This document shows, piece by piece, positions 39,600 to 50,173 of a stretch of 64,000 nucleotides of DNA. This DNA is from an uncultured delta proteobacterium. Lineage in GTDB: Bacteria > Desulfobacterota > RBG-13-43-22. The stretch is taken from the NCBI GenBank assembly GCA_963790475.1, contig CAWBOS010000010.1, forward strand, positions 416,001-480,000, read 5' to 3'. Both the position numbers and the translations under genes were made by a program. Below the pieces are notes generated by a model, which was not told where the DNA came from, did no database searches, and was given only the letters and a program-made list of their open reading frames with translations. The stretch's first letter is position 1, and every line of letters starts with the position of its first letter.

Positions 39600-41288
39600 T
39601 TGCGATTAAGTGGAGCCGGAATTGTCATTGAAAGCCTGATCCAGGAAGGGGTTACCACTATTTTTGGGTACCCCGGAGGGGTGATTACCGACATTTATGA
39701 CTACCTGGAAAAAAGCCCGATCCGTCACTATCTGGTGCGTCATGAACAGGGGGCCGTCCACATGGCCGACGGATATGCCCGCAGTTCGGGAAAGGTAGGG
39801 GTCTGTCTGGTTACCTCCGGTCCCGGGGCCACCAATACGGTAACCGGAATCGCTTCAGCCTTCATGGATTCCATCCCCTTGGTGGTGTTTACCGGTCAGG
39901 TTCCGACCCCCTTAATAGGCAACGACGCCTTTCAGGAGGTGGACATTGTCGGCATAACCCGGCCTTGTACCAAACATAATTATCTGGTCAAGAAAGTCGA
40001 AGACCTGGCCGGGATCATTCGGGAGTCTTTTTATCTGGCCCGGTCCGGTCGACCGGGACCGATCCTGGTGGATTTGCCCAAAGACGTGCTTCAAAATAAA
40101 ACGGAATTCAAGTATCCTAAAAAAGTGGAGATGCGCAGTTACCGGCCGACGTACAGTGCCCATAGCGGACAGATCGAAAAAGCGGTTGCCCAGATAATGA
40201 AGGCCAGACGACCGGTTATTTATGCCGGAGGGGGTGTGGTTTCCTCCCGTTCCTCCCGGGAGCTCAAGGCCCTGGCCGAGAGTATGACCATCCCGGTGAC
40301 CACTACTCTGATGGGACTAGGCGGTTTTCCCGGCCGGCATCCTTTATCGTTGGGAATGCTGGGTATGCACGGGACCTATTGGGCCAACATGGCCGTGGCC
40401 CAATGCGACCTGTTGATTGCCGTAGGGGCCCGGTTTGATGATCGGGTGACCGGGAAGGTGGATCTCTTTGCGCCGGAGGCCCGGATCATTCATATCGACA
40501 TCGATCCCACTTCGATCCGCAAGAATGTTTCGGTGGATATCCCGATTGTGGGTGATTGCAAAGATGCCCTGGACAAGTTGAATCAAACGCTCCACAAACA
40601 AGGGAAATCCGATTGGCTTAAGATGCGTCAGCCCTGGATAGAACAGATCAAAGAATGGAAAGAGACCCATCCTTTAACCTACGAACAGGGCCCAGATGTG
40701 ATCAAACCCCAATTTGTAGTGGAGAAGATTTATGAGGTGACTCAAGGTCGGGCCATCATTGCCACCGAGGTAGGCCAGAACCAGATGTGGGCCGCCCAAT
40801 TTTATCATTTTGACCAACCCAACTCCTTTATCACTTCCGGCGGTTTAGGGGTCATGGGTTATGGATTTCCGGCCGCCATCGGGGCACAGGTGGCTTGTCC
40901 GGACCGTATCGTCATCGATATTGCCGGGGACGGAAGTATCCAGATGAACATCCAGGAGATGGCCACGGCTGTAGCCAATCAGGTGCCGGTGAAGATAGCC
41001 ATTTTAAACAACGGCTATCTGGGCATGGTCCGTCAATTTCAGGAGCTCTTTTATGAAAAACGGTATTCCCAGACCTTCCTTAAAGGAAACCCTGATTTTG
41101 TTAAATTAGCCGAAGCCTATGGGGCCGCGGGCCTCCGGGCCTCCCGGCCTGAAGAGGTCGTTCCGGTCATTAAAAAAGCCTTGACCATTAAAGGCCCGGT
41201 GATTATGGATTTTGTCGTCTGCCCGGAAGAATGTGTCGCGCCCATGGTTCCGGCCGGCAGGGGCATGACCGAGATGCTGCTGGTGTAA
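39600..41288 (+). CDS. ilvB: Acetolactate synthase large subunit
   Basis: [43 protein letters not shown]. Confidence 0.96.
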   Translation: MRLSGAGIVIESLIQEGVTTIFGYPGGVITDIYDYLEKSPIRHYLVRHEQGAVHMADGYARSSGKVGVCLVTSGPGATNTVTGIASAFMDSIPLVVFTGQVPTPLIGNDAFQEVDIVGITRPCTKHNYLVKKVEDLAGIIRESFYLARSGRPGPILVDLPKDVLQNKTEFKYPKKVEMRSYRPTYSAHSGQIEKAVAQIMKARRPVIYAGGGVVSSRSSRELKALAESMTIPVTTTLMGLGGFPGRHPLSLGMLGMHGTYWANMAVAQCDLLIAVGARFDDRVTGKVDLFAPEARIIHIDIDPTSIRKNVSVDIPIVGDCKDALDKLNQTLHKQGKSDWLKMRQPWIEQIKEWKETHPLTYEQGPDVIKPQFVVEKIYEVTQGRAIIATEVGQNQMWAAQFYHFDQPNSFITSGGLGVMGYGFPAAIGAQVACPDRIVIDIAGDGSIQMNIQEMATAVANQVPVKIAILNNGYLGMVRQFQELFYEKRYSQTFLKGNPDFVKLAEAYGAAGLRASRPEEVVPVIKKALTIKGPVIMDFVVCPEECVAPMVPAGRGMTEMLLV

Positions 41289-41298
41289 AACCAGGGGA

Positions 41299-41374
41299 CA
41301 GCATTCAGCGTTCAGCAGTCAGCCGGAACAGAATGAATTCTAAAGACTGACCGCTGTCTGCTGATAGCTGATAG
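41299..41374. repeat. 7-nt tandem inverted repeat (nnTCAGC / GCTGAnn)
   Basis: cagc attcagc gttcagc agtcagc ... actgacc gctgtct gctgata gctgata. Confidence 0.75.
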
Positions 41375-41382
41375 GCTAATTT

Positions 41383-41937
41383 ATGGAAAATCAGGAACAG
41401 AAACACACTATTTCCGCATTGGTGGATAACGAACCTGGAGTCCTGTCCCGGGTTACGGGTTTATTCAGCGGCCGGGGGTTTAATATTGAAAGCCTCTGTG
41501 TGGCCGAAACCATGGAGCCTTTTGTTTCCCGAATTACTTTGGTGACTCATGGAAATGATCAAATCATCGAACAGATTACCAAACAGCTTAACAAGCTGGT
41601 CAATGTAATCAAGGTCATGGATTTCACCGATACCGAGTTCGTAGAAAGGGAAATGGCCTTGATCAAGGTCCGGGCTGAGGCCCAGACCCGGGCAGAAATA
41701 CTGCGGATCGTCGATATTTTCCGCTGCAAAGTGGTGGATGTCAGCCCCCAGTTCTATACTATTGAGGTCACCGGGAATGACAGTAAGATCAAGGCTATTC
41801 TTGATTTGCTCAATCACCTCGGTATTAAAGAGATCGCCAGAACCGGGGCTATTGCCATGGCCAGAAGCAAAAAGGAGATTTCTTCCAAAAAGGGAAAAAT
41901 GGCATCGGGTGAGATACCCCCCGGCGGAAGAAAATGA
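41383..41937 (+). CDS. ilvN: Acetolactate synthase small subunit
   Basis: NEPGVLSRV.GLFSGRGFNIESL, EQITKQLNKL, EIARTG. Confidence 0.95.
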   Translation: MENQEQKHTISALVDNEPGVLSRVTGLFSGRGFNIESLCVAETMEPFVSRITLVTHGNDQIIEQITKQLNKLVNVIKVMDFTDTEFVEREMALIKVRAEAQTRAEILRIVDIFRCKVVDVSPQFYTIEVTGNDSKIKAILDLLNHLGIKEIARTGAIAMARSKKEISSKKGKMASGEIPPGGRK

Positions 41938-41992
41938 AAATTTACAGGGAATAAACTCAGGGACCCGATAGTGGTGGGAGCCAAGAGTTCGA

Positions 41993-42020
41993 CCAACGAC
42001 GAACACTCTACACCGAACGG
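41993..42020. repeat. Orphan arm of a 7-nt tandem repeat (GAAC type)
   Basis: ccaacga cgaacac tctacac cgaacgg; resembles the right arm at 48309-48336. Confidence 0.45.
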
Positions 42021-42031
42021 TGTTTTTGCAT

Positions 42032-42667
42032 ATGCGCATACCAATCGCCTCTCAAGGGTATCCATTTATCGCCATTGGACTGTTCGGGGTTGCCCTTTTT
42101 CTGTGGTTGGACTTCAGGGTGGGTTGGGGGTTATTCGTATTGGTAACCCTGTTCCTCATTTCTTTTTTTCGGGATCCTGAACGGCAGGCCCCTCAAGATG
42201 AAAAAGCGGTATTAGCTCCTGCCGATGGCCGGATCCTGCTCATTGAGGAAAAGGAGATGACCCCTTTCTCCACCGGGCAGGCGATAAAAATCAGTATTTT
42301 TATGTCGATTTTCAACTGTCATGTTAACCGGATCCCCAAGAGCGGAAAAATAGAAAAAATTTTGTATCGGGCCGGGAAATTTTTCTCGGCCAACCAAGAC
42401 CGGGCTTCGGCCCAAAACGAACAAAATGCCGTGCTGCTGCGCACCGCGGAAGGTCAGGAGATCTGTTTTGTGCAGGTGGCCGGTTTGATTGCCCGCCGGA
42501 TTGTCTGTTGGGTCAAGCCGGGGGAAACGATTAAACGAGGAGAACGATTCGGATTGATCCGTTTTGGTTCGCGGGTGGATCTTTTTTTGCCGGCCTCGAC
42601 CAGGATTCGCATTCAGCGGGGAGACAAAGTGAAAGCCGGGCTGACCATTATAGGAGAATTACCATGA
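42032..42667 (+). CDS. psd: Phosphatidylserine decarboxylase proenzyme (short type)
   Basis: FFRDPER, APADG, IFMSIFNCHVNRIP, QVAGLIARRI, RFGSRVD cleavage motif. Confidence 0.92.
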   Translation: MRIPIASQGYPFIAIGLFGVALFLWLDFRVGWGLFVLVTLFLISFFRDPERQAPQDEKAVLAPADGRILLIEEKEMTPFSTGQAIKISIFMSIFNCHVNRIPKSGKIEKILYRAGKFFSANQDRASAQNEQNAVLLRTAEGQEICFVQVAGLIARRIVCWVKPGETIKRGERFGLIRFGSRVDLFLPASTRIRIQRGDKVKAGLTIIGELP

Positions 42668-43431
42668 GAATCAAAAATCGAAGGAATAAAAATCGGGAGG
42701 ATCGGAGAAGAGGCATCTATGTTCTTCCCAATCTGGTGACTACCGCCAGTCTCTTCTGCGGTTTTTATGCCATCATTGCCGCCATTTCCGGTAATTTTTA
42801 CCATGCCGCCCTTTCGATCCTTATTGCTGCGGTTCTGGACGGGCTGGACGGCCGTATTGCCCGTCTGACCCGGACGACCAGCGCCTTTGGGATTCAGTAC
42901 GATTCTTTATCCGATCTGATCGCCTTTGGCTTGGCCCCGGGAATTCTTGTTTTTTTATGGGCCTTAAAACCGTTCAACCGGTTCGGATGGATGGCCGCCT
43001 TTCTCTATGTGGTTTGCGGTGCTTTGCGCCTGGCTCGTTTTAATGTTCAAACCGGGCAAATAAACAATAAATCTTTCGTCGGCCTGCCCATTCCGGCTTC
43101 GGCCACTATCGTAGCTACCACCATTTTATTCATCTACCAGATCGGCGGGACGGGGTCGACCGGGTACTTGGCGGTGTTGATTTTGATTTATATTCTTTCT
43201 TTTCTGATGGTCAGTAATATTCCCTATCCCAGTTTTAAGGGAATGAAATTAGGGGAACGGCGATCATTCAACTTCCTGGTGGCCGTGGTGCTGGTATTTG
43301 TTCTGGTGGCCCTGGAACCCTTTGTTATGTTATCCGTGGGAATATTGGGATATGTGCTGTCGGGTCCGGTCTTGGCCTTGTACCGGTTAAAAAAGAAGCC
43401 GGTGCCGGAAGCGGTGGAAAAGCTGGTCTGA
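42664..43431 (+). CDS. pssA: CDP-diacylglycerol-serine O-phosphatidyltransferase
   Basis: LPNLVT, DGLDGRIAR, DSLSDLIAFG.AP, RLARFN, GLPIP. Confidence 0.93.
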   Translation: MRIKNRRNKNREDRRRGIYVLPNLVTTASLFCGFYAIIAAISGNFYHAALSILIAAVLDGLDGRIARLTRTTSAFGIQYDSLSDLIAFGLAPGILVFLWALKPFNRFGWMAAFLYVVCGALRLARFNVQTGQINNKSFVGLPIPASATIVATTILFIYQIGGTGSTGYLAVLILIYILSFLMVSNIPYPSFKGMKLGERRSFNFLVAVVLVFVLVALEPFVMLSVGILGYVLSGPVLALYRLKKKPVPEAVEKLV

Positions 43432-43516
43432 AGAATAGCTGAAAGCTAAAAGCAATCTCTTTCTTGCTTGGATTTTGAATAAAGAATAAATTAAGAAGAT
43501 AAGGAAATAAAAAAGT

Positions 43517-45058
43517 ATGGCCGATCGAATCATTGTTTTCGACACAACATTAAGGGACGGAGAACAATCCCCCGGGGCCAGTATGAATAAGGCTGAAAAA
43601 CTGCGCCTGGCCCGACAATTGGAAAAATTGAAGGTCGATGTCATCGAGGCCGGTTTTCCGATCACCTCTCAGGGAGATTTTGAGGCGGTATCCTTGATCT
43701 CCAAAGAGGTCCGGGGACTAACTGTTGCCGCCCTGGCCAGGGCGGACAAGGTGGATATCGACCGGGCCTGGGAGGCCGTAAAAGATGCGGCCAGTCCGCG
43801 GATACATATTGTTATCGCCACCTCGGATTTGCACCTAAAATATAAATTGCGTAAAACCCGGCGAGAGGTTCTGGAGATCATCCAAAGGGCCGTTTCTCAC
43901 GCCCATCGCTATACCACGAATATTGAATTTTCCACCGAAGACGGTTCCCGTACCGATCCTGAATATCTGGCTCGGGCGGCCCAAACAGCGATCAAGGCCG
44001 GGGCCACGACCATCAATATTCCCGATACCGTGGGCTATGCCTTGCCTGAAGAATTCGGGGAATTGATTCGGATTGTTAGAGAAAAGGTATCAGCCGATGA
44101 CCGGGTGGTCTGGAGTGTGCATTGTCATAATGATCTGGGGTTGGCCGTGGCCAATTCTTTAGCGGCCATTCACAATGGGGCCCGCCAGGTGGAAGTGACC
44201 GTCAACGGGATCGGAGAAAGGGCGGGTAATACCTCTTTGGAAGAATTAGTCATGGCCCTGCATACCCGGAAGGATCTGATGCCCTACTCGACCAGGATTG
44301 AAAAAAGGCAGATTTATTCCACCAGCCGGTTGGTCAGCCGCATCACCGGTCTGGTCATTCCCGTCAATAAGGCCGTAGTCGGGGCCAATGCCTTTTCTCA
44401 CGAATCCGGGATCCATCAGGACGGCGTACTCAAAAAGAGGTCGACCTATGAAATATTGACCCCGCAGGATATCGGTCTGGACAAAAGCATCCTGGTTCTG
44501 GGGAAACATTCCGGCCGTCATGCTTTTCAAGAGCGGTTGAAGGAACTGGGTTATGAGTTAAACCCGGGAGATATGCAAAAGGTCTTTGATCGCTTCAAGG
44601 AACTGGCCGACAAGAAAAAGGAAGTGGTCAACGAAGACATTGAGGCCCTGATCGCCGATGAAATCCTGATGATCCCGGATGTCTTTAAACTGGTTTATTT
44701 GAGCGTCATCAGCGGTAATATGGCTGTGCCCACCGCTACCGTGAAGATAGAGGTCAACGGGGATATCATCCAGAAAGCCGGTTTCGGGGTGGGCCCTATT
44801 GATGCCACGTTCAATACCATCAATAAGATCGTCCAGACCTGCACCAAGGCTTGCAAGCTGGTCAGTTTTTCGGTCAACGCCATCACCGGCGGCATGGACG
44901 CCCAGGGCCAGGTTAATGTTCGGGTGGAGCGAGACGGCAAGGTCATCTTGGGTAAAGGGTCGGATTCCGATATCATCACCGCCAGCGCCAAGGCCTATCT
45001 GAATGCCCTGAACCGCTTGGAATATTTGAAGAAGAATCCCATTAAAAAACTTTCATAA
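43517..45058 (+). CDS. leuA: 2-isopropylmalate synthase
   Basis: DTTLRDGEQSPG, HCHNDLG, NGIGERAGN, HESGIHQDG; C-terminal regulatory domain. Confidence 0.96.
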   Translation: MADRIIVFDTTLRDGEQSPGASMNKAEKLRLARQLEKLKVDVIEAGFPITSQGDFEAVSLISKEVRGLTVAALARADKVDIDRAWEAVKDAASPRIHIVIATSDLHLKYKLRKTRREVLEIIQRAVSHAHRYTTNIEFSTEDGSRTDPEYLARAAQTAIKAGATTINIPDTVGYALPEEFGELIRIVREKVSADDRVVWSVHCHNDLGLAVANSLAAIHNGARQVEVTVNGIGERAGNTSLEELVMALHTRKDLMPYSTRIEKRQIYSTSRLVSRITGLVIPVNKAVVGANAFSHESGIHQDGVLKKRSTYEILTPQDIGLDKSILVLGKHSGRHAFQERLKELGYELNPGDMQKVFDRFKELADKKKEVVNEDIEALIADEILMIPDVFKLVYLSVISGNMAVPTATVKIEVNGDIIQKAGFGVGPIDATFNTINKIVQTCTKACKLVSFSVNAITGGMDAQGQVNVRVERDGKVILGKGSDSDIITASAKAYLNALNRLEYLKKNPIKKLS

Positions 45059-45061
45059 AAA

Positions 45062-45143
45062 AAGAATCCAGAATTCGGAAGTCAGAATTCAGAAGGGGTG
45101 TCGTAGGATTAATTCTGTGCTCTGACTCCTGGCTCCTGAATTC
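45062..45143. repeat. 7-nt tandem inverted repeat (CAGAAnn / nTTCTGn)
   Basis: aagaatc cagaatt cggaagt cagaatt cagaa ... ttctgtg ctctgac tcctggc tcctgaa ttc. Confidence 0.75.
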
Positions 45144-45158
45144 CAAAAGGTGTTAAGA

Positions 45159-46436
45159 ATGCCTCAAACCATCACAGAAAAAATTTTAGCGGCTCATGCC
45201 GGGGTGAAAACGGTCCATCCGGGTCAATTGATTGAAGCATCGGTGGACCTGGCTCTGGCCAATGATATCACCGCTCCCATCGCAATAGACGTTTTTTATG
45301 AAGCCGGGGGTAAAAAGGTCTTTGACCCGAAAAAAGTGGTCCTGGTTCCCGATCATTTTGTCCCCAATAAGGATATCGCTGCGGCTGAACAATGCCGAAA
45401 AATGCGTCTTTTTGCCCGGGAGCAAAAACTGACCCATTATTTTGAGTTAGGTGAGATGGGCATCGAACACGCCCTGCTTCCGGAGAAAGGACTGGTCCTG
45501 CCTGGTGATCTGGTGATCGGGGCGGACAGCCATACCTGCACCTATGGGGCCTTGGGGGCCTTTGCCAGCGGCGTGGGGAGCACCGACCTGGGAGCGGCCA
45601 TGATCACCGGCCGGACCTGGCTCAAGATTCCGGAGACTATAAAACTGGTTTATCAGGGAAAACTTAAGCCCTGGGTCTCCGGCAAAGACCTGATCCTCTA
45701 TACCATCGGGGACCTGGGTGTGGATGGGGCCCGTTACCAGGCCATGGAATTCACCGGGCCCGCTTTGGCCCAATTATCCATGGCCGATCGGTTCACCATG
45801 GCCAATATGGCCATTGAGGCCGGTGCCAAAAATGGTATCTTCGAGCCCGATGATATAACACGGGCCTACGTGCAGGAACGCTCGAGGAAAAAAGGAAAGA
45901 TTTATCATTCCGATCCGGGGGCTGAATACAAGGAGATCAGGCAATATGATCTGGGAGAAATCGAACCCCAGGTGGCCTTCCCTCATTTGCCGGAGAATGC
46001 CCGACCTATATCCAAGGTAGGAAAAGTTTTCATCGATCAGGCGGTGATCGGGTCCTGTACCAACGGTCGATTGGAAGACTTGCGGATCGCGGCCAGGTGC
46101 TTAAAGGCCGGAAAATAGCCAAGGGAGTCCGGCTTGATCATTATCCCGGCCACGCCCTGGATTTATCGGCAGGCCATGGCCGAGGGATTATTTGATATCT
46201 TCCTGGAAGCCGGGGGGGTGATCAGCACCCCGACCTGTGGTCCTTGTCTGGGCGGGTATATGGGAATTCTGGCTCAAGGGGAGCGGGCCATTGCTACCAC
46301 CAACCGGAATTTTGTCGGCCGTATGGGTCATCCGGGAAGTGAGGTCTATCTGGCCGGCCCGGCCATTACCGCCGCCTCGGCCATTCTGGGGGTTATCGGT
46401 CCGGTGGAGGCCCTGCCCAAGAAAAAGAAAAAATAA
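45159..46436 (+). CDS. leuC: 3-isopropylmalate dehydratase large subunit, split by two compensating indels
   Basis: [32 protein letters not shown]; adding 1 nt near 46094 and removing 1 nt near 46134 restores [23 protein letters not shown]. Confidence 0.92.
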
Positions 46437-46443
46437 TTTTTTG

Positions 46444-46633
46444 TTCACCGCAAAGTCGCAAAGGACGCAAAGGAAATCTTTTTTGTTCAATCCCGTGAGC
46501 GGCGGGATTGAAAAATGTTTTCCGGCCTCCGCGAAGTAATTACCCGGAGGGTAGCGAAGCTTTGTGTTTGTCCTGCAGAAAGCGGGACAAACACAATTTA
46601 TCCCCTTTGCGCTCTTTGCGCCTTTGCGGTGAA
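46444..46633. repeat. 8-9-nt tandem inverted repeat (CGCAAAG / CTTTGCG) enclosing internal hairpins
   Basis: ttcaccgcaaag tcgcaaag gacgcaaag ... ctttgcgct ctttgcgc ctttgcggtgaa; hairpins at 46486-46512 and 46562-46596. Confidence 0.8.
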
Positions 46634-46657
46634 AACATTTACTTGAAGAGGTAAGAA

Positions 46658-47185
46658 ATGAAATATAAGGGAAAGGCCTGGAAATTCGGAGACCATGTTG
46701 ACACCGATGTGATCATACCGGCACGATATCTGACCACTTCGGATCCCAAAGAATTAGGAAGGCATTGTATGGAGGATGCCGATCCTGACTTTGTAAAGAA
46801 GATCCAGAAGGGAGACATTATTGTGGCCGGAAGAAATTTCGGCAGCGGTTCTTCCAGGGAACATGCCCCGATAGCCATTAAGGCGGCGGGTATTTCCTGC
46901 GTTATTGCGGAAAGTTTCGCCCGGATTTTTTATCGCAACGCCATTAATATGGGACTCCCGATATTTGAATCTCCGGAGGCCTCTCAAATGATCAAAGCGG
47001 GGGATATCGTGTCGGTCAATGCCCAAACCGGGGTCATTGAAGATCGAACCCTGAAGAAAAAATTCCAGGCCGAGCCGATCCCGCCTTTTATGCAGGAATT
47101 AATTCATGATGGGGGCTTGATAAAACACATAAAAAAAGGCATGAGGCTTGAGGGGAGAGGCAAAAGGAGAAAGGTAAAAGGTTAA
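46658..47185 (+). CDS. leuD: 3-isopropylmalate dehydratase small subunit
   Basis: [39 protein letters not shown]. Confidence 0.94.
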   Translation: MKYKGKAWKFGDHVDTDVIIPARYLTTSDPKELGRHCMEDADPDFVKKIQKGDIIVAGRNFGSGSSREHAPIAIKAAGISCVIAESFARIFYRNAINMGLPIFESPEASQMIKAGDIVSVNAQTGVIEDRTLKKKFQAEPIPPFMQELIHDGGLIKHIKKGMRLEGRGKRRKVKG

Positions 47186-47196
47186 AGAGAAAAACG

Positions 47197-48255
47197 ATGA
47201 AAAAAACTTTTAAGATTGCAGTCATTCCGGGAGACGGCACCGGACCGGAAGTGGTAGCCGAAGGCCTGAAGGTGCTCAAGGCTGTGGAACAAAAAGGGGA
47301 AGGCTCTTTTACAATTATCCCTTTTGATTTAGGTGGGGAACGTTATTTGAAGACCGGCGACATTCTGCCGGATGCCGAATTGAGCAAGCTGAAAAAGATG
47401 GATGCCATTTATCTGGGGGCCATCGGCCATCCGGAGGTGAAACCGGGTATCCTGGAAAAAGGTTTGCTGCTGAAACTACGGTTTGATCTGGATCAATATA
47501 TCAATTTGAGGCCGGTTATCCTTTATCCCGGAGTGGAAACCCCTTTAAGAAATAAAAGGCCGGAGGATATCGATTTTATCGTCATCCGGGAGAACACGGA
47601 AGGCCTTTATGCCGGGGCCGGGGGCTTTCTGAAAAAAGGGACGGCCGATGAAGTGGCCATTCAGGAATCCATCAATACCCGCAAAGGGGTGGAACGCTGT
47701 ATCCGCTATGCCTTTGAACTTTGTCAAAAGAGGAACAGGAAACGCAAACTAACCTTGTGCGGAAAGACCAATGTCCTGACTTTTGCTTCTGATCTCTGGG
47801 AGCGGGTTTTTCATGAGCTGGCCCGAGAATATCCCCAGGTCACCATCGATTATGCCAATGTGGACGCGGTCTGCATGTGGATGGTCAAGAATCCGGAATG
47901 GTTTGATGTGATTGTCACCGATAATTTATTCGGAGATATTATCACCGATCTGGGGGCCATGATCCAGGGGGGCATGGGCATTGCCGCCGGGGGGAATATC
48001 AATCCTCAGGGGGTTTCCATGTTTGAGCCGATCGGCGGCTCGGCCCCTAAATATACAGGGAAAAATATCATCAATCCCCTGGCGGCCATCGGGGCCGTTC
48101 AAATGATGATGGTTCATCTGGGATTGGAACAGGCCGCCGGGCGGGTGGAAAAAGCCATTCGGGCGGTGGTCAAAAATGACATCAAAGACCTGACCGCCGG
48201 TAAGATGGGGTATACGACGCAGGAGGTCGGGGATTTGGTGGTATCCTATTTATAA
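47197..48255 (+). CDS. leuB: 3-isopropylmalate dehydrogenase
   Basis: [39 protein letters not shown]; operon context. Confidence 0.92.
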   Translation: MKKTFKIAVIPGDGTGPEVVAEGLKVLKAVEQKGEGSFTIIPFDLGGERYLKTGDILPDAELSKLKKMDAIYLGAIGHPEVKPGILEKGLLLKLRFDLDQYINLRPVILYPGVETPLRNKRPEDIDFIVIRENTEGLYAGAGGFLKKGTADEVAIQESINTRKGVERCIRYAFELCQKRNRKRKLTLCGKTNVLTFASDLWERVFHELAREYPQVTIDYANVDAVCMWMVKNPEWFDVIVTDNLFGDIITDLGAMIQGGMGIAAGGNINPQGVSMFEPIGGSAPKYTGKNIINPLAAIGAVQMMMVHLGLEQAAGRVEKAIRAVVKNDIKDLTAGKMGYTTQEVGDLVVSYL

Positions 48256-48277
48256 CAGGTATCAAGAATAAAGATAA

Positions 48278-48336
48278 CCGTTCGTCGTTTTCGTTCGTCG
48301 TTCGTCGATGAACACCGAACGCTGAACGCCTAACGG
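48278..48336. repeat. 7-nt tandem inverted repeat (TCGTTCG / CGAACGn)
   Basis: ccgttcg tcgttt tcgttcg tcgttcg tcg a tgaacac cgaacgc tgaacgc ctaacgg. Confidence 0.75.
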
Positions 48337-48355
48337 AATCCAAGGAAGGTGCCTA

Positions 48356-49363
48356 ATGAGCAGAACATGGAATGTGGCGGTGGCCGGGGCCACTGGTGCG
48401 GTGGGGAATCAGATGATCCGTTGCCTGGAAGAAAGAAATTTCCCCATTAAGAATATTAGATTTTTGGCTTCGGCCCGTTCGGTAGGTAAGACCCTCCCTT
48501 TTAAGGGCCAGCCGGTTGCGGTTGAAGAATTGAAGGAAGATTCATTTAAAGGAATGGAAATAGCCTTATTTTCCGCCGGGGCTTCGACCAGTCTGAAATT
48601 CGCTCCCTTGGCGGCCCAGGCCGGCTGTGTGGTGATTGATAATTCCAGCGCTTTCCGAATGGATCCCAAGATCCCTTTGGTGGTGCCGGAATGCAATCCC
48701 CATCGCATCGTCGCCGGCCCGGGGATCATTGCCAATCCGAATTGTTCGACCATCCAGATGGTGGTGGCCCTGAAACCGATTCATGAGCAGGTCCGGATCA
48801 AACGGATTATTGTTTCCACCTATCAGGCGGTATCCGGGACCGGACAGAAGGCGATTTTTGAACTCAGGAACCAGATCGCGGATTTGGCGGCGGGCAAGGA
48901 ACCGGAAATAAAGGTTTATCCGTATCAAATTGCCTATAATTGCCTCCCGCACATCGATGTCTTTCTGGAAAACGATTATACCAAGGAAGAGATGAAGATG
49001 GTCAATGAAACCCGTAAGATTTTGGAGGATGATTCTATCCGGATTTCGGCGACAACGGTTCGGGTGCCGGTATATTACGGCCATTCGGAAGCGGTTTATA
49101 TTGAAACCGACAAAAAGATCACCCCTCAGGAAGTCAAAGACCTCCTTCGAACCGCACCGGGAGTGGTGGTCATGGACGATGTGGCCAACAAGATATACCC
49201 GACCGCTTTGGTGTCCGAGGGAAAAGACGATGTCTTTGTCGGCCGTATCCGGGAGGATATTTCCCATGAAAAGGGAATCGTCCTATGGGTGGTGTCCGAC
49301 AATATCCGTAAGGGCGCGGCCACCAATGCGGTTCAGATTGCTGAAATCTGGGCTCAGAGATAG
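48356..49363 (+). CDS. asd: Aspartate-semialdehyde dehydrogenase
   Basis: GATGAVG, DNSSAFRM, ANPNCSTIQ, STYQAVSG, DNIRKGAATNAVQIAE. Confidence 0.96.
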   Translation: MSRTWNVAVAGATGAVGNQMIRCLEERNFPIKNIRFLASARSVGKTLPFKGQPVAVEELKEDSFKGMEIALFSAGASTSLKFAPLAAQAGCVVIDNSSAFRMDPKIPLVVPECNPHRIVAGPGIIANPNCSTIQMVVALKPIHEQVRIKRIIVSTYQAVSGTGQKAIFELRNQIADLAAGKEPEIKVYPYQIAYNCLPHIDVFLENDYTKEEMKMVNETRKILEDDSIRISATTVRVPVYYGHSEAVYIETDKKITPQEVKDLLRTAPGVVVMDDVANKIYPTALVSEGKDDVFVGRIREDISHEKGIVLWVVSDNIRKGAATNAVQIAEIWAQR

Positions 49364-49594
49364 AGAAAGAAGGTGACGGGTTTCGGGTGGCGAGTGAGGG
49401 GTTAACAATGATGAACTCGAAAAAAATCGTCACTCCGGTGAAAACCGGGGTCCAGAGGTTTTTATGTGGTAAAATTTCCTGGATTCCGACTTTCGTCGGA
49501 ATGACGAAAATGGACTGAAGCAATTTATTCTAAGTCCATTGAAAATGAAAAAGAAAAAGGATTTACCTTCTCGTCACCCGTTACTCTTCTCTAT
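49360..49594. repeat. 7-nt tandem inverted repeat (GTGACGn / nCGTCAC) with a nested REP
   Basis: atagagaaagaag gtgacgg gtttcgg gtggcga gtgaggg ... cttc tcgtcac ccgttac tcttctctat. Confidence 0.65.
49428..49506. repeat. REP-like palindromic element, copy 2
   Basis: CGTCACTCCGGTGAAAACCGGGGTCCAG...CTGGATTCCGACTTTCGTCGGAATGACG. Confidence 0.8.
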
Positions 49595-49603
49595 TTACTT
49601 TTT

Positions 49604-50173
49604 ATGCGGATCATTGCCGGGCAATGCAAAGGGCATCATTTAGCTCCCCTGAAGGGTGGGAAGACCAGACCGACGCAAGATCGGGTCAGGGAATCGATAT
49701 TCAATATCCTGGAGTCCTACGGTCCTTTTCTTAAGGTGGTCGATCTATTTGCCGGCAGCGGGGCCTTAGGTTTGGAGGCCATGAGCCGTTGGGGGGGAAC
49801 GGCCGTTTTTGTCGAATATGCCCGGCCGGCCATAGAGTGTCTCCGGGAAAATATCCGGCGTTTGAAAATGGAAGCCAGATCCCGATTGATCCAGCGGGAC
49901 CTGGGGCGCGGAGTTCATTTTCTGGTAAAAAGCGGCGCTCCTTTTGACCTTATCTTTATGGATCCTCCTTATAGTCAAGGATGGTGTAATCTGGTTATTG
50001 GCCCGCTGTTAAGCCTTCCTGTGCTTAGTGAAACCGGGATTCTGGTTCTGGAACACGATTTAAAAGAACCTATACCCGAAAACGTGGGAGATTGGGGAAT
50101 AGGGGATCAACGTCGCTATGGACAGACCAGGGTTTCTTTTTACAAATTCATGAAAGGACAAAATTCACTATGA
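49604..50173 (+). CDS. rsmD: 16S rRNA m2G966 methyltransferase
   Basis: MRIIAG, TRPTQDRVRESIFNIL, DLFAGSGALGLEA, DPPY. Confidence 0.94.
   Translation: MRIIAGQCKGHHLAPLKGGKTRPTQDRVRESIFNILESYGPFLKVVDLFAGSGALGLEAMSRWGGTAVFVEYARPAIECLRENIRRLKMEARSRLIQRDLGRGVHFLVKSGAPFDLIFMDPPYSQGWCNLVIGPLLSLPVLSETGILVLEHDLKEPIPENVGDWGIGDQRRYGQTRVSFYKFMKGQNSL

Noticed and set aside
46116-46118. In-frame TAG in leuC as pyrrolysine or read-through
   Set aside because: The conserved residues around it are in another frame; two compensating indels explain it better.
41299-49594. Intergenic repeats as CRISPR arrays
   Set aside because: Units are 7-9 nt with no unique spacers, and no cas genes are present.
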